Position numbers and translations under genes: made by a program. The notes beneath the pieces are model-generated. The model worked only from the letters and a program-made list of their open reading frames with translations. It was not told the origin of the DNA and ran no database searches. This document shows positions 13,294 through 24,200 of a DNA stretch of 64,000 nt, piece after piece (the first letter of the stretch is position 1; the number at the start of each line of letters is the position of its first letter). This DNA is from Mobula hypostoma (lineage: Eukaryota): positions 26,660,001 through 26,724,000 of the forward strand of contig NC_086128.1 of assembly GCF_963921235.1 (NCBI RefSeq). The letters run 5' to 3'.

Positions 13294-15356
13294 TTCCCCC
13301 ACACGGCGCCGGCGGGGAGGAGCGCGGAGCGGCCGCGCGCATCCACGTGTATACGTCACAGGAATCATTGTGGGCGAGTACGCGCGCCGCCACCGCCTTC
13401 TCCCTCCTCAACGGCAACAGAACCGCCGCGGGTGAGCAAGCGCGCCCCTTACGTCAACACACGCGCTCCTCCCGCCTGCGCCGAACTCCAATTCGAGCAG
13501 AGGGCTCGCCCTATTTCTTTTTTTTTTAAAATTCAAAACATAAGTCTCCCTCTTTTTGCCAGATTAAAAACACACTCGCAAGACCAACTTTGCAGCCCGT
13601 TTTATTGTGGTCGCTAACTACAAACACTCGAGAAAAAAATAAAAACAACGATGTGAAGTTGGAGAGCTAATCGAATAATCGCATCCTCCATGGCTGCAGC
13701 CTCTGCGGGGAATGGGGGAAGAACGCCGAGGCACCCCTATATATAGACATTGGGTTCCACCTCTGCTCCTGCGCAGTCACGACAGGAACACTCGTGACAG
13801 GGTGGGGGGGGATGCCATTGAGACATCTGCTCCCTACCCGGCCGCAATGCGTCAAGAGTTTCTTTCTTTGGTATTCTTTATTACTGAAGCCACACCTACT
13901 GTAAAAACTCAACACAATTTCTTCATGATAAAAACCAGAGGATTACGTATACACCGTCTTAAAAGACGGAAAGGTCATCCAATCCCGCCTGATCAAATCG
14001 ATATGCTAGCCAATCCACAACGGGAGTAGGTGGGATATAGTCTTAACGTTCTTTAGTATTTGAGGGAACGGGACTGGTGCCTAGCTGCTCGATAGACTTG
14101 ACAAACAACCAATGGGTAGTGCGGAGCGTAAAAGGTCGCTGTTAAGGGCGGATTCCATTTATTCCAAAATTAATTCCTGAGGAAACCTTATCGACCTGAA
14201 AAGGTTAATTTTTCAGTGGCGCTGCCTATGCAGCTTTTAGTATATTAATCACATTCTATTTTGATCTCAGATTTTCGGGTATGTATTTTCGAACCGCGCC
14301 AGCTTTTACTGATTGACGTAGATGATAGTCAATAAGAACAAGCGGCGCTGTGCGGCTGTTTTTAACCCACCTATCAGGGAGGTGGGTGCAGTGCCAGTGC
14401 GTGGAGTAAAGGAATAATGATTGAGAGCACCGCCGGTGTTGATTGACCTACGCATCCAATAGCCGCGGGAGCTTGTTAGAAGGGTGTGATCAACCGCAAA
14501 GCGCCTTCGTATTACCGTCCGGCGTTGATTGACGGACGTAACATCCAGTAGCTACGAGGAGCATTTGGAATCCGACCAATAGGAAGAGGAAGGAGTGGGA
14601 TCGCGCCCTTCCACGATCATCGGTTGCCAGACGAGCGCTGGCAACGTTGACGGAGTGAGGGTGAAGTCGTGCTTCTGAGGAAATATGGCTCTGGGTTCTG
14701 CAGGGAAGGTAGGGTGGAGGGTAAGGAGAAGCCTGCTGGAAAGTCTGGGGAGGGAGGGGGTTGACTTTTGGGAGGAATCGGCGGCATGGGGTTGGCGGGA
14801 TGGTCCCCTTGATGGCGGGAAGATGGCGGTGTGGCTTCCAGAGGTTCAGAGGTCAACAAAAATCTGTATCGTTCCACCTTCTAGATCGAATATTCGTCCC
14901 AAAACACGTTCTGCCTCACGTGTGGTTACAAACTGCATCCTTGGCCAAACACTCCATTCACAGTAATAGCTCACAGACGACTAACCATGTTGATGCTGCC
15001 TGGCCTGCTGCGTTCACCAGCAACTTTGATGTATGTTGTATGTTGAAGCTTAAGTCACTTGCAAGGCTGGGTATGCTGGTCCCAAAACACATCTTCCATG
15101 GGGTCCGTAGTCAATTCAGTAGCTATCTCATGGAAGTCCCAACACCAAAACTGCTCTCAATCTAGTTGGGTAAAGATTCGTTCTGGCGTTAGGGGTTTAA
15201 AGGCAATCTCTAGGAGATTTGGCCAACGGAGACTATAGTGTTAAGAAAGTATATGGAATACTTACCTTTATTAATCAACCTAAAATATAACTGCAGAGAC
15301 GGGCCTGCCGCTTTTCACAATCTACACCACTGCCTTAAAGGAGAAGTGAATCTGAA

Positions 15357-17130
15357 TCAAGCAACACACATAAAAGTTGCTGGTGAACGCAGCAGGCCAG
15401 GCAGCATCTCTAGGAAGAGGTACAGTCGACGTTTCAGGCCGAGACCCTTTGTCAGGACTAACTGTCTGTCTGTATCTTGTTTTACGGCGGTTGGCATCCA
15501 GCTTAATGGTGCATTACTGCCACCCTCTATTCCAGAATGTGCACTAGACAAGGACTAACTGAAAGAAAAGCTAGTAAGAGATTTGAAAGTTGGAGGGGGA
15601 GGGGGAGATCCAAAATGATAGGAGAAGACCAGGAGGGGGAGGGATGGAGCCAAGAGCTGGACAGGTGATTGGCAAAAGGGATATGAGAGGATCATGGCAC
15701 GGGAGGCCCAGGGAGAAAGAAAATGGGGAGGGGGGAACCCAGAGGATGGGCAAGGGGTATAGTGAGGGGGACAGAGTGAGAAAAAGGAGAGTGAGAGAGA
15801 AAGAATTTTAAAAGATTATAAAAAATAATGGATGGGGTACGAGGGGGAGGTGGGGCATTAATGGAAGTTAATAAATAACGGATGGGGTACAATCTGAATC
15901 ATGTTTTATTATCACTGACACGTCCTGATGAAAGGTCTTGCCCTGAAACATCAACTGTTTATTCCCTTACACAGAGGCTGCCTGACCAGCTGAGTTCCTC
16001 CAGCACTTGTCTGTGTTACTCAAGATGCCCAGCATCTGCAGAATGGCAATACATAGCTGATTACCATGCCAATCTTGACTGTTCCTCTTCCCACCCGATG
16101 CAATTCCCTTTTATCAGTTCATTCATCTCTGCAACATGTGTTCCCAGGAGGAGGGTTTCCTTTCCTGGACCTGCTTCAAAGAATGGGGTTTCCCTTCCTC
16201 CACCATTGATGCTGCCCTCACCTGCATTTCCTGGACAGCAGTACTCACCCCTTCCCACCACCTTAACAAGGATAGAGTTCCTCTTGTCTTCACCTATCAT
16301 CCCATAAGCCTCTACATCCAACAAATCATTCTCTGCTATCTCAATGTGACTCTGCTATGCTAACAAACACGTCTTTACCCTACCCGCCCATTCTCCACTT
16401 TCTGCAGGATCCTGTGATTCCCTTATCCACTTGTACCTCCCTTGTAATCCCTCTCCTGGCACTTATTCCTGCGTCTGACAGAAGAAGAGGGGAAAAGAAA
16501 AAAGAACAAAATTACCAGAATCTCCTTCCTGGCACACATCCCTGCAAGTGAGAGAAATGCTACACCTGCCCATTCAGGACCCCCCAACAGTGCTTCCAGG
16601 TGAGGCAACACTTCACATGTGCATCTGTTGGGATTGTCTACTGTATCTGGTGCTCCCGATGTAGCCACTTGTACATTGGTGGGACCCGATGTAAATTGGG
16701 GAACCACTTTGCGAGCACCTCAGCTCCATCCACATAAAGCAGAATTTTCTGTCGGTCAGACATTTCAATTCCTTTCCCTATTCCTGTTCTGACATGTGAG
16801 GCCATGGCCTCCTCTTGTGCCATGATGAGGCCAGTCTCGGTGGAGGAGTTAAAACTCATTCCGTCTGGATAGTCTCCAACCTAATGGCATGAACATGGAT
16901 TTCTCTTCTCACTTGCCTGTCATCTCCCCCTCGTGCCCCTCCTCCTTCCCATTCTCCCATTATCCACTCCTGTCCTCTCCAGTCCTTTGCCTTTTGTGCT
17001 TATCACTGCCCAGCTTCTCACTTCATCCCTCACCCACCCAGCTTCACCTATCACCTTCTAACTTGTTCTTCTCACCCTCCCACCGCCTTATTCTGGTGTC
17101 TTCCCCTTTCCTTTCCAGTCCTGATGAAGG
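15357..17130. mobile_element. Cluster of Penelope-like element fragments
   Basis: Same terminal repeat as 3962-4503; hammerhead-like motifs at 15423, 15921, 17117; GIY-YIG-like coding remnant ~16590-16720 (QVRQHFTC...YCIWCSRC..LYIG). Confidence 0.75.
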
Positions 17131-17829
17131 GTGGGGTGGGGGCACAGGATAGCTCCTCTAAGGTGCTGACTCACAGGATCTTGAAACTGCTCACGCTTTC
17201 CAATTCAAACCCCTCAATGAGGACTGGTGTGTGTTCTCCAACTTCCCCTTCCTGAAGTCCACAATCAGTTCCTTGGTCTTGATGTTAAGTGTAAGGTGGT
17301 TGTGAGACAACCCTCAACCAGCTGATCCAACTCACTGTTCTACGCCACCTGAGATTTTACCATGGTATTGTTGGCAAAATTTTAGATTGCATTTGATTGC
17401 ATTGTGTGGCTGTATTTGCCTGTGCCCAGAAATGGGAGGATGCAGAGAGTTATCGAAGACTCATCAGGGTTGAGATATTAGATGCTAAGTGAGACAAGGG
17501 TTCTGGTATTATGTGGACAGCGGCTAATGCTGAGGTAAATCATCAGGCACAGGCAGGTTATTCCAGGTTCTATTTGATGCCTTTGTTGGGCAAAAATGTA
17601 AGTAGATGAGTATTGGAGAAGTATGCGGTTCTTTGGAGTGAGAATAGAGGAGCAAAATATCGATTGTGTGGAGAGAAACTGAATTCTACTGTGCAGAGGA
17701 ACCTGTGTGTGTTTGTGTTGAGCAACTGAAGTGAAATCTGCAGGTAGAGCAACTAATCAGGAAAACAGATAGAGCCATGGCCTTGATCACAGAGAGGTAG
17801 AGGAGAAAGGCACAAAGGACTTGTTACAA

Positions 17830-19020
17830 CAAAAGGTAGATGAGGGTAGGGCTGTGGATGCCTGGACTTTAGCAAAGCATTAGACAAGGTCTGGAAGGTT
17901 AGGTTCATGGAATTGTGGGAGAGCTAGTAAGGTGGATTCAAAATTGTCTCACAGGTAGGAAGCAAAGGATGGTTTTTGAAACCAGTGACTAGTAGTATAC
18001 CACAGAGGTCGGTGTTGGGACCTTTGTTGCTTGTTATTTACAAATTTTGTATATCATTAAATTATTTTGGTGCACAGGCACAAGACTTGAACAGCAAGTT
18101 TGTGGAGGATATAAAATTAGATGTTGATGATGATGAAGGGCATAATAAATTAGAAGGGGGTCTTGATCAGTTGGTGAGTTGGGGCGAGGCATAACAACTG
18201 GATTTTTAATAGAGTTAAGTGTGAGGTGATGCATTTTGGAAAATCAAACCAGTGCAGGATTTATACTATAAATGGTAGGGCACAATGGGGTGTAATGGTA
18301 CTGAAGGCCTTAGCGGTATAAGTATATAGGATTAGAACACGGAGTCCGGTTGCAGAACTCATTGGTGAGGCCATATTTAGTGTACCTTGTACAGTTTTGG
18401 TCACCCTGTTATAGGAATGATGTGGTTGAACTGGAAAAAACGCAGAAAAGGTCTATGAGAGTGTTGCTAGGAATAGAGGACCTGAGTTAAATGGCCAAGC
18501 TAGGTCTTTACTCCTTGAAATGTAGGAGGAGGAGGGCTGACTTTATAGAAAGGCACTAATAAGGTGAATGGTACAGTTCCCCCCTCCCCCTCACCGGTAG
18601 GGGGAGCCAAAAGTAGAGGGCATAGATTAGGGTTGAGGGGGAAATATTTAAAAGGGGGCAACTTTTACACCCAAAAGGTGGTGAATATATGGAATGCGCT
18701 GTCAGAGGAAGTGGTTAAGGCAGATACAATGGTATCATTTAGAAGCACTTGGAGGAGACTGGTTTGTCGGGATTTGGTCTGAATGGCTTGTATCCATGTT
18801 TTGCAGTAGAGTCAAAAATTGTACAGGATGTTGTCGGGGCCAAACCAGGAGCACAGCCTACAATTCTGGTCTTCCGTTAGAGACAGTGCAGAGAAGATTC
18901 ACTGGGACAATTCCTGCAGGAACAGGGTGGGGAAGGGTTGACCAAGTTGGGCCTGTACTTGTTGGGATTTGGAAGAACAAGAGGCACACTAATCAATCTA
19001 ATGCAATTACAAAGAAGGCA
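17830..19020 (+). mobile_element. Old CR1 LINE RT fragments
   Basis: [29 protein letters not shown]. Confidence 0.75.
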
Positions 19021-19552
19021 TGACAACAGCTCTATTTTATTATAAGTTTGAGAAGTCTTGAGATGTCAACAAAGACTCGCAAATCTCTACAGATGTAGTG
19101 TGGAAAGCATTCTGACTGGTTGCATCACCATCTGGTATGGAGGGAGGGGGCACTGCACGGGATTGGAAAAAGCTGCAAAGTTGTAAACTCGGCTAACTCC
19201 ATCAAGGGCACTAGCCTCCCCAACATTCAAATGCTGATGCCTCAAAAAGGTGGCATCCATCAGTAAGGACCCTCATCAGCCAGGACATGCCCTCATCCCA
19301 TTGCCTCCATCAAGGGGGAGGTACAGGAGCATGAAGGCACACTCAATGTCTTAGGAGCAGCATGTTCCCCTCTGCCATCAGATTTCTGAATGGACAATGA
19401 ACCCATGGACACTACCTCACTATTTTTTCCTCTCTTGCACAACGTATTTAAGTTAATGTAGTATATATACTTGTTGTAATTTATAGTTTTCATTGCTGCA
19501 AAACAACAAATTTCACGACATATGCCAGTGATATTAAACCTGATTCTGATTC
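19020..19552 (+). mobile_element. Rex1/Babar-like LINE 3' fragment (related copies ~1090-1370, 47030-47780, 61550-61970, 63120-63480)
   Basis: ESILTGCITIWYG-like coding remnant, shared 3' end GATATTAAACCTGATTCTGATTCT. Confidence 0.7.
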
Positions 19553-20036
19553 TTGTTTAGCAGCCTCATGCACGGCATCCTGTCAAAGGCCTTCTGAAAA
19601 TCCAAGTAAACAACATCCTTTATCTGCCCTGCCTGTTATTTCCTCAAAGAATTCCAACAGATTTGTCAGGCAAGATTTTCCCTTGAGGAAACCACGCTGA
19701 CTTCAGCCTATTTTATCATGTGCCTCCAAGTACCCTAAAACATTCTTAATAATACACTCCAATATCTTTCTAACTACTGAGGTCAGGTTAACTGGCCTAT
19801 AATCTCCTTTCTTCTTCTCCTCTCAGTTCTGAATGAGTGGAGTGACATTTGCAATTTTCCTGCCCTTTGGAACCATGACAGATTGTATTGATTCTTGAAA
19901 GATCATTACTAATGCCTCCACAATCTCTTCAGCCACCTCTTTCAGAACCCTCGGTTGTAATCCCTATGGTCCAGGTGACTTCTCTGCCTCAGATTTTTTT
20001 TTTCCATTTTTGCTCTTGTTTTGCACTGCTCATTTA

Positions 20037-20042
<6 letters not shown>

Positions 20043-20080
<38 letters not shown>
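20043..20080. repeat. (TA)n microsatellite
   Basis: ~19 TA units. Confidence 0.95.
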
Positions 20081-20083
<3 letters not shown>

Positions 20084-20953
20084 CTTAAAGGCTAATTTGC
20101 AGGTTGAGTCAAAGGTGAGGAAGGCAAATGCAATGTTAGCATTCATTTCAAGAGGACTAGAATATAAAAGCAAGGATGTAATGTTGAGAGTTTATAAAGC
20201 ACCGGTGAGGCCTCACTTGGAGTATTGTGAGTAGTTTTGGGCCCCTATCTAAGAAAGGATGTGCTGACATTGGAGAGGGTTCGAAGGAGGTTCATGAAAA
20301 TGATTCTAGGATTGAAAGGCTTATTACACGAGGAGCGTTTGATGGCTCTGGGCCTCTACTCACTGGAATTCAGAAGAATAAGGTCTTATTCTACTCCTGT
20401 ATCTTATGAGCTTGTATGCCAGTGATATTAAACCTGATTCTGGATACTGAGGGGCCTCAACAGGATGGATACTCAGAGAATGTTTATCAAGGTGGGGGAG
20501 TGTTTAGAATGGTGGGGTGGGGGGGGTGCAGATACACAGTAACAGGGTAATTAATGGTCCATTTCTCTCTATTATTTGAGTAAGCAGAATAACTGAAGAT
20601 GTTCAAGGTCCCAAGGCAGGTGGACCTTTACTCTGCAGAGGAGCTGTGAGGACTGACGGGAAAGAACAGAGCTGAGGTCAATGTGTGGCCAACAGCAACA
20701 TTGACAAGTGGTGGACCAGGCTGCTTTTGGGGTTCTTGTAAACCTCTTGCTGGGTGAACAGAGGTTTCTTTTTTGATAATCTCTGTCTGTCTCCTAACAC
20801 ACCCCCACCATCAGCATTTGTGCAGGACCAAACTGTCCTTCCGAGGACCTCTGTGATTGAGGGAATTAAGCCCGGTCTGGAAAAAGGAGCATGAACGAAC
20901 TCCTGGTTGTGTTTTACAGGTGTCAACGTGGGTCTAAGGGAGGTTCCGTGGCC

Positions 20954-21204
20954 ATGAACAGAATCCGGATCCACGTGCTGCCTTCCACACGGGGGCGTCT
21001 CACCCCTATCCCCAGGGTGCAAGAGACCCTGACCTGCTCCTTCTCCCACCGCCCATGCTCGCAGCCCCGATTGGAGGGCCAGGAGTTTTGTCTCAAGCAC
21101 ATCCTTGAGGACAAGAACGCTCCCTTCAAGCAGTGCAGTTACGTCTCATCCAAAAATAGCAGGAGGTGCCCAAATGCAGCACCCAAACCAGAGAAGAAAG
21201 ATGG
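20954..21204 (+). CDS. KANSL2: KANSL2 coding exon 1
   Basis: gccATGAAC start, [18 protein letters not shown]...KPEKKDG, donor GTAGGT at 21205; acceptor TTTTACAG ending 20919. Confidence 0.95.
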
Positions 21205-24200
21205 GTAGGTGGTGGCCTTGGCTTCTGGGACCTGGTGCTGGGAAAAGCACGATGATACGTTTCCCAGATGAGGTGGAGTGTGGCTCATAGAAGGAGCATG
21301 CAATGGGGCGGAGGGGTTGGGTGGTGGTTGTGATCCCTTGCATCTGCTGCCGCCCTCTTGGGCAAGAGGTGATGAGTTGGGGAGGGGCTATTGGAGTAGC
21401 CCAGGCGAATGTCTGCCAGTGGTGAAGGGAACGGTTGTGTTTTGGGGGTGGGAGGTAGGTGGGATGGTGTGCTGCTTTGTCCCAGGTGAGGTTGAGCTTC
21501 TCACCCCAGGGATGTGGAGGGTGTTCCATCACACTCCTGACCTGTAGACGGCGGAAAGATCTTGAGCTGTCAGGGGTCTTGGGTGCCAGTCACACAGGAT
21601 TCCTCGCCTGCTCTTGTAGCCATAGTGTTGATGAGGAGTAAGGAAATGTCTCCTGGCCTTGGAACTTTTGTGATGGTCCCTCTTCCCTAGCCACTTACTA
21701 GGGCTTGGGTTAGGTCAGGAGCTTTGGGCTTGCGCATTGCCCACTAACCATCTGTCCTCTTCTGCTCCACTCTCCCTTTGCAGGATCGTTTTCTGTACAG
21801 AGCATGCCCGAAGGAATGCATTGGCCATGAGGGTCCCATCGAAGAAGCCCAGCTCCAACCCCTCACCTGAGGTGCTGCTCACCCAGCTCAGCAGCTACCT
21901 GAAGAGTGATCTGGGCTCCCAGGGACCAGACAGCAGCCAGAGCGAGGCCAGCAAGATACTTGGTACAGGTTCTAGTGGGCGTGGGAGAGGGAAGGGCACG
22001 GACAGAGCATTTTTTTTCGAGAGGACAGAATTGTGGAGAAATTACTTTAGTCAGAGGATGATAAATCTGTGGAATTTGTTACCACAAGTGGCTGTGGAGG
22101 CCAAGTAATTGGGTGTATTTAAGGCAGAGATAGATAGGTTCTTGATTAGCCAGGAGAGTGGGGATGACCGGAAGAATTGGATCAGCCCATGATTGAATGG
22201 TGGAGCAGACTCAATGGGCTGAATGGCCTACTTCTGCTCCTATATCTTATGGTCTCATGGACTGGAATAAGTACAACTCTCTCCCTCCTTCCCTGCTTAT
22301 TTCCCAATATGGTGACTTGTTAGCGGTGAGTATAACCCTGCTGTGGTCTCTTGCCCCTCCTTGCCACTGAGTCTCTGAGTTATGTAGCTTCATTTCTCCT
22401 CTTCTTGGTCCTGAACAGCTGACCATTTAGACTGGGACTCCTGTACCTCCTACGAGAGGGAACATCAACTCCATGCCTGCCTTGTTAAATGCCATAGTAT
22501 TATCTCCTCCTTAGAAACCCCAGAGAATACAGGACCAGTCTCCTCACAGAACAGACTCTCGGTCCCAGGGATGGATCTGGTGCAATCTCCACCCCATGCC
22601 CTCTGTGTCCCCAAGACACTTCATCAGGACTGGAAAGGAAGGGGGGTAGATGCCAGAATAAAAAGCTGGGGGGCAGGGGGATTGCTGGAAGGTGAGAGGT
22701 GAAGCCAGGTGGATGTGAAAAGTAAAAGGCTGGGGAAGAAGGAATCAGATAGGAGAGTGGACCATGGCAGAAGGGGAGGGGGGGGTGGGTGGGCACCAGG
22801 GGAGGTGATAGGCATATGAGGAGAAGAGTGAAGGGTTAAGAGGCCAGAGTGGGAAAGAAAAAAAATACCAGAAGGCAAGAGCAGTGTTCATGCCATCAGA
22901 TTGGACGCTACCCAGTCAGAATATTCAGAATGTAAGGTGTTGCTCCTCTCCCTGAGAGTGGCCTCATCGTGGCAGAGGAGAAGGCCATGGACCATCGTGT
23001 CGGAATGAGAATGGGGATAGAAATTTAAGTGGTTGGTCACCAGAAAATTCCACTTTTGGCAGATGGAGCAGAGGTACTCAACAAAGTGGTCCCCTAATTT
23101 ACATTGGGAGAACTGGACACAATAGATGATCACAACAGATTTGCAGGTGAAGTGTTGCCTCATCTGGAAGGACTGTTTGGGGCCTTGAATGGAGGTGTAT
23201 GGGCAGGTGTATCATTTCTCTCGCTTGCAGGGATATGCCAAGAGAGAAATTCTGGTTATTTTTTTCTCTTTTTTTCTTTTCCTCTCCCTTCCCTCTCTCA
23301 TTTCTCACGGCCTCTTGCTACTTCTCTTCACGTCCCCCTAGTGCCCTTTCCTTCCATGGTCCACTCTCCTCTCAGATTCCTTCTTCTCCAGACATTTACC
23401 TTTCCCACCCATTACCTTCTGGCTAGTTCTCCTTCCCTCTCCCTCCCCCCACCGACCTTTTATTCTGGCCTCTTCTTTCCCCCCCCCCCTTCCTTTCCAG
23501 TCCTGAAGAAGGGTCTCAGCCCAAAACATCGACTGTTTATTCACTTTCATGGATGCCTCCTGATATACTGAGTTCCTCCAGCAGTTTGTGTGTGTTGCTC
23601 TGGATTTCCAGCATCTGCAGAATCTATTATGTTTAAGGCACTGATGAAGCTGCACCCGGATCTGTGTTGTAGAAAGAGTTTGGGTAGAACATAGAAAGGT
23701 ACAACACAGCACAGTGTGAGGACTAGGCAGGCCTGTGACTTGATTTTTGGAGTGTAGGAGACTGAGGTGTTACCTTAAGAGTTGTATAAAACCACAAGGC
23801 TGTTTTTCAGGGATGGGGATCCAAAAGCTACTATTGTAGCAGCAGAGTGGGAGGTTATTCCTTGAGCTTCAGGAATGAGAGGTGTTTAAAACCAGAATGA
23901 TCCTAGTTGGCACTGAAAGGGGGATTCCTGAGAGTCCAGATCCAAGACATGGGCTCACAGTGAAGGGTGGGATGTGTTGGAGCAGAGGCAGACAGGTCTC
24001 ACATGAGGGAGTGAGAGATGAGGATGGATGAGACAAGGCAAGACAGGGTGGTGGGGTGCCCAACCAGCTTCTGATGCCCTCCTGTCCATCCACCTACAGA
24101 TGAGGACAGTTGGAGTGAGGGGGAGCCCGAGACAGTGCTTCTGGACCAGACATGGAGGGGCGACCCGGACAGTGAGGCCGACAGCATTGACAGCGACCAG

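Larger units (their letters stand above)
12990..14900. promoter_or_regulatory. CpG-island divergent promoter region shared by CCNT1 (-) and KANSL2 (+)
   Basis: CpG-dense blocks ~12990-13500 and ~14280-14900 in a CpG-depleted background; CCAAT at 14109, 14456, 14576; TGATTGAC at 14310, 14440, 14526; CRE-like ACGTCA at ~13353 and ~13451; YY1-like AAGATGGCGG at 14820. Confidence 0.75.

Noticed and set aside
12997-13368. 123-aa ORF as a complete gene
   Set aside because: It is CCNT1 exon 1 with upstream extension and read-through into the U12 intron
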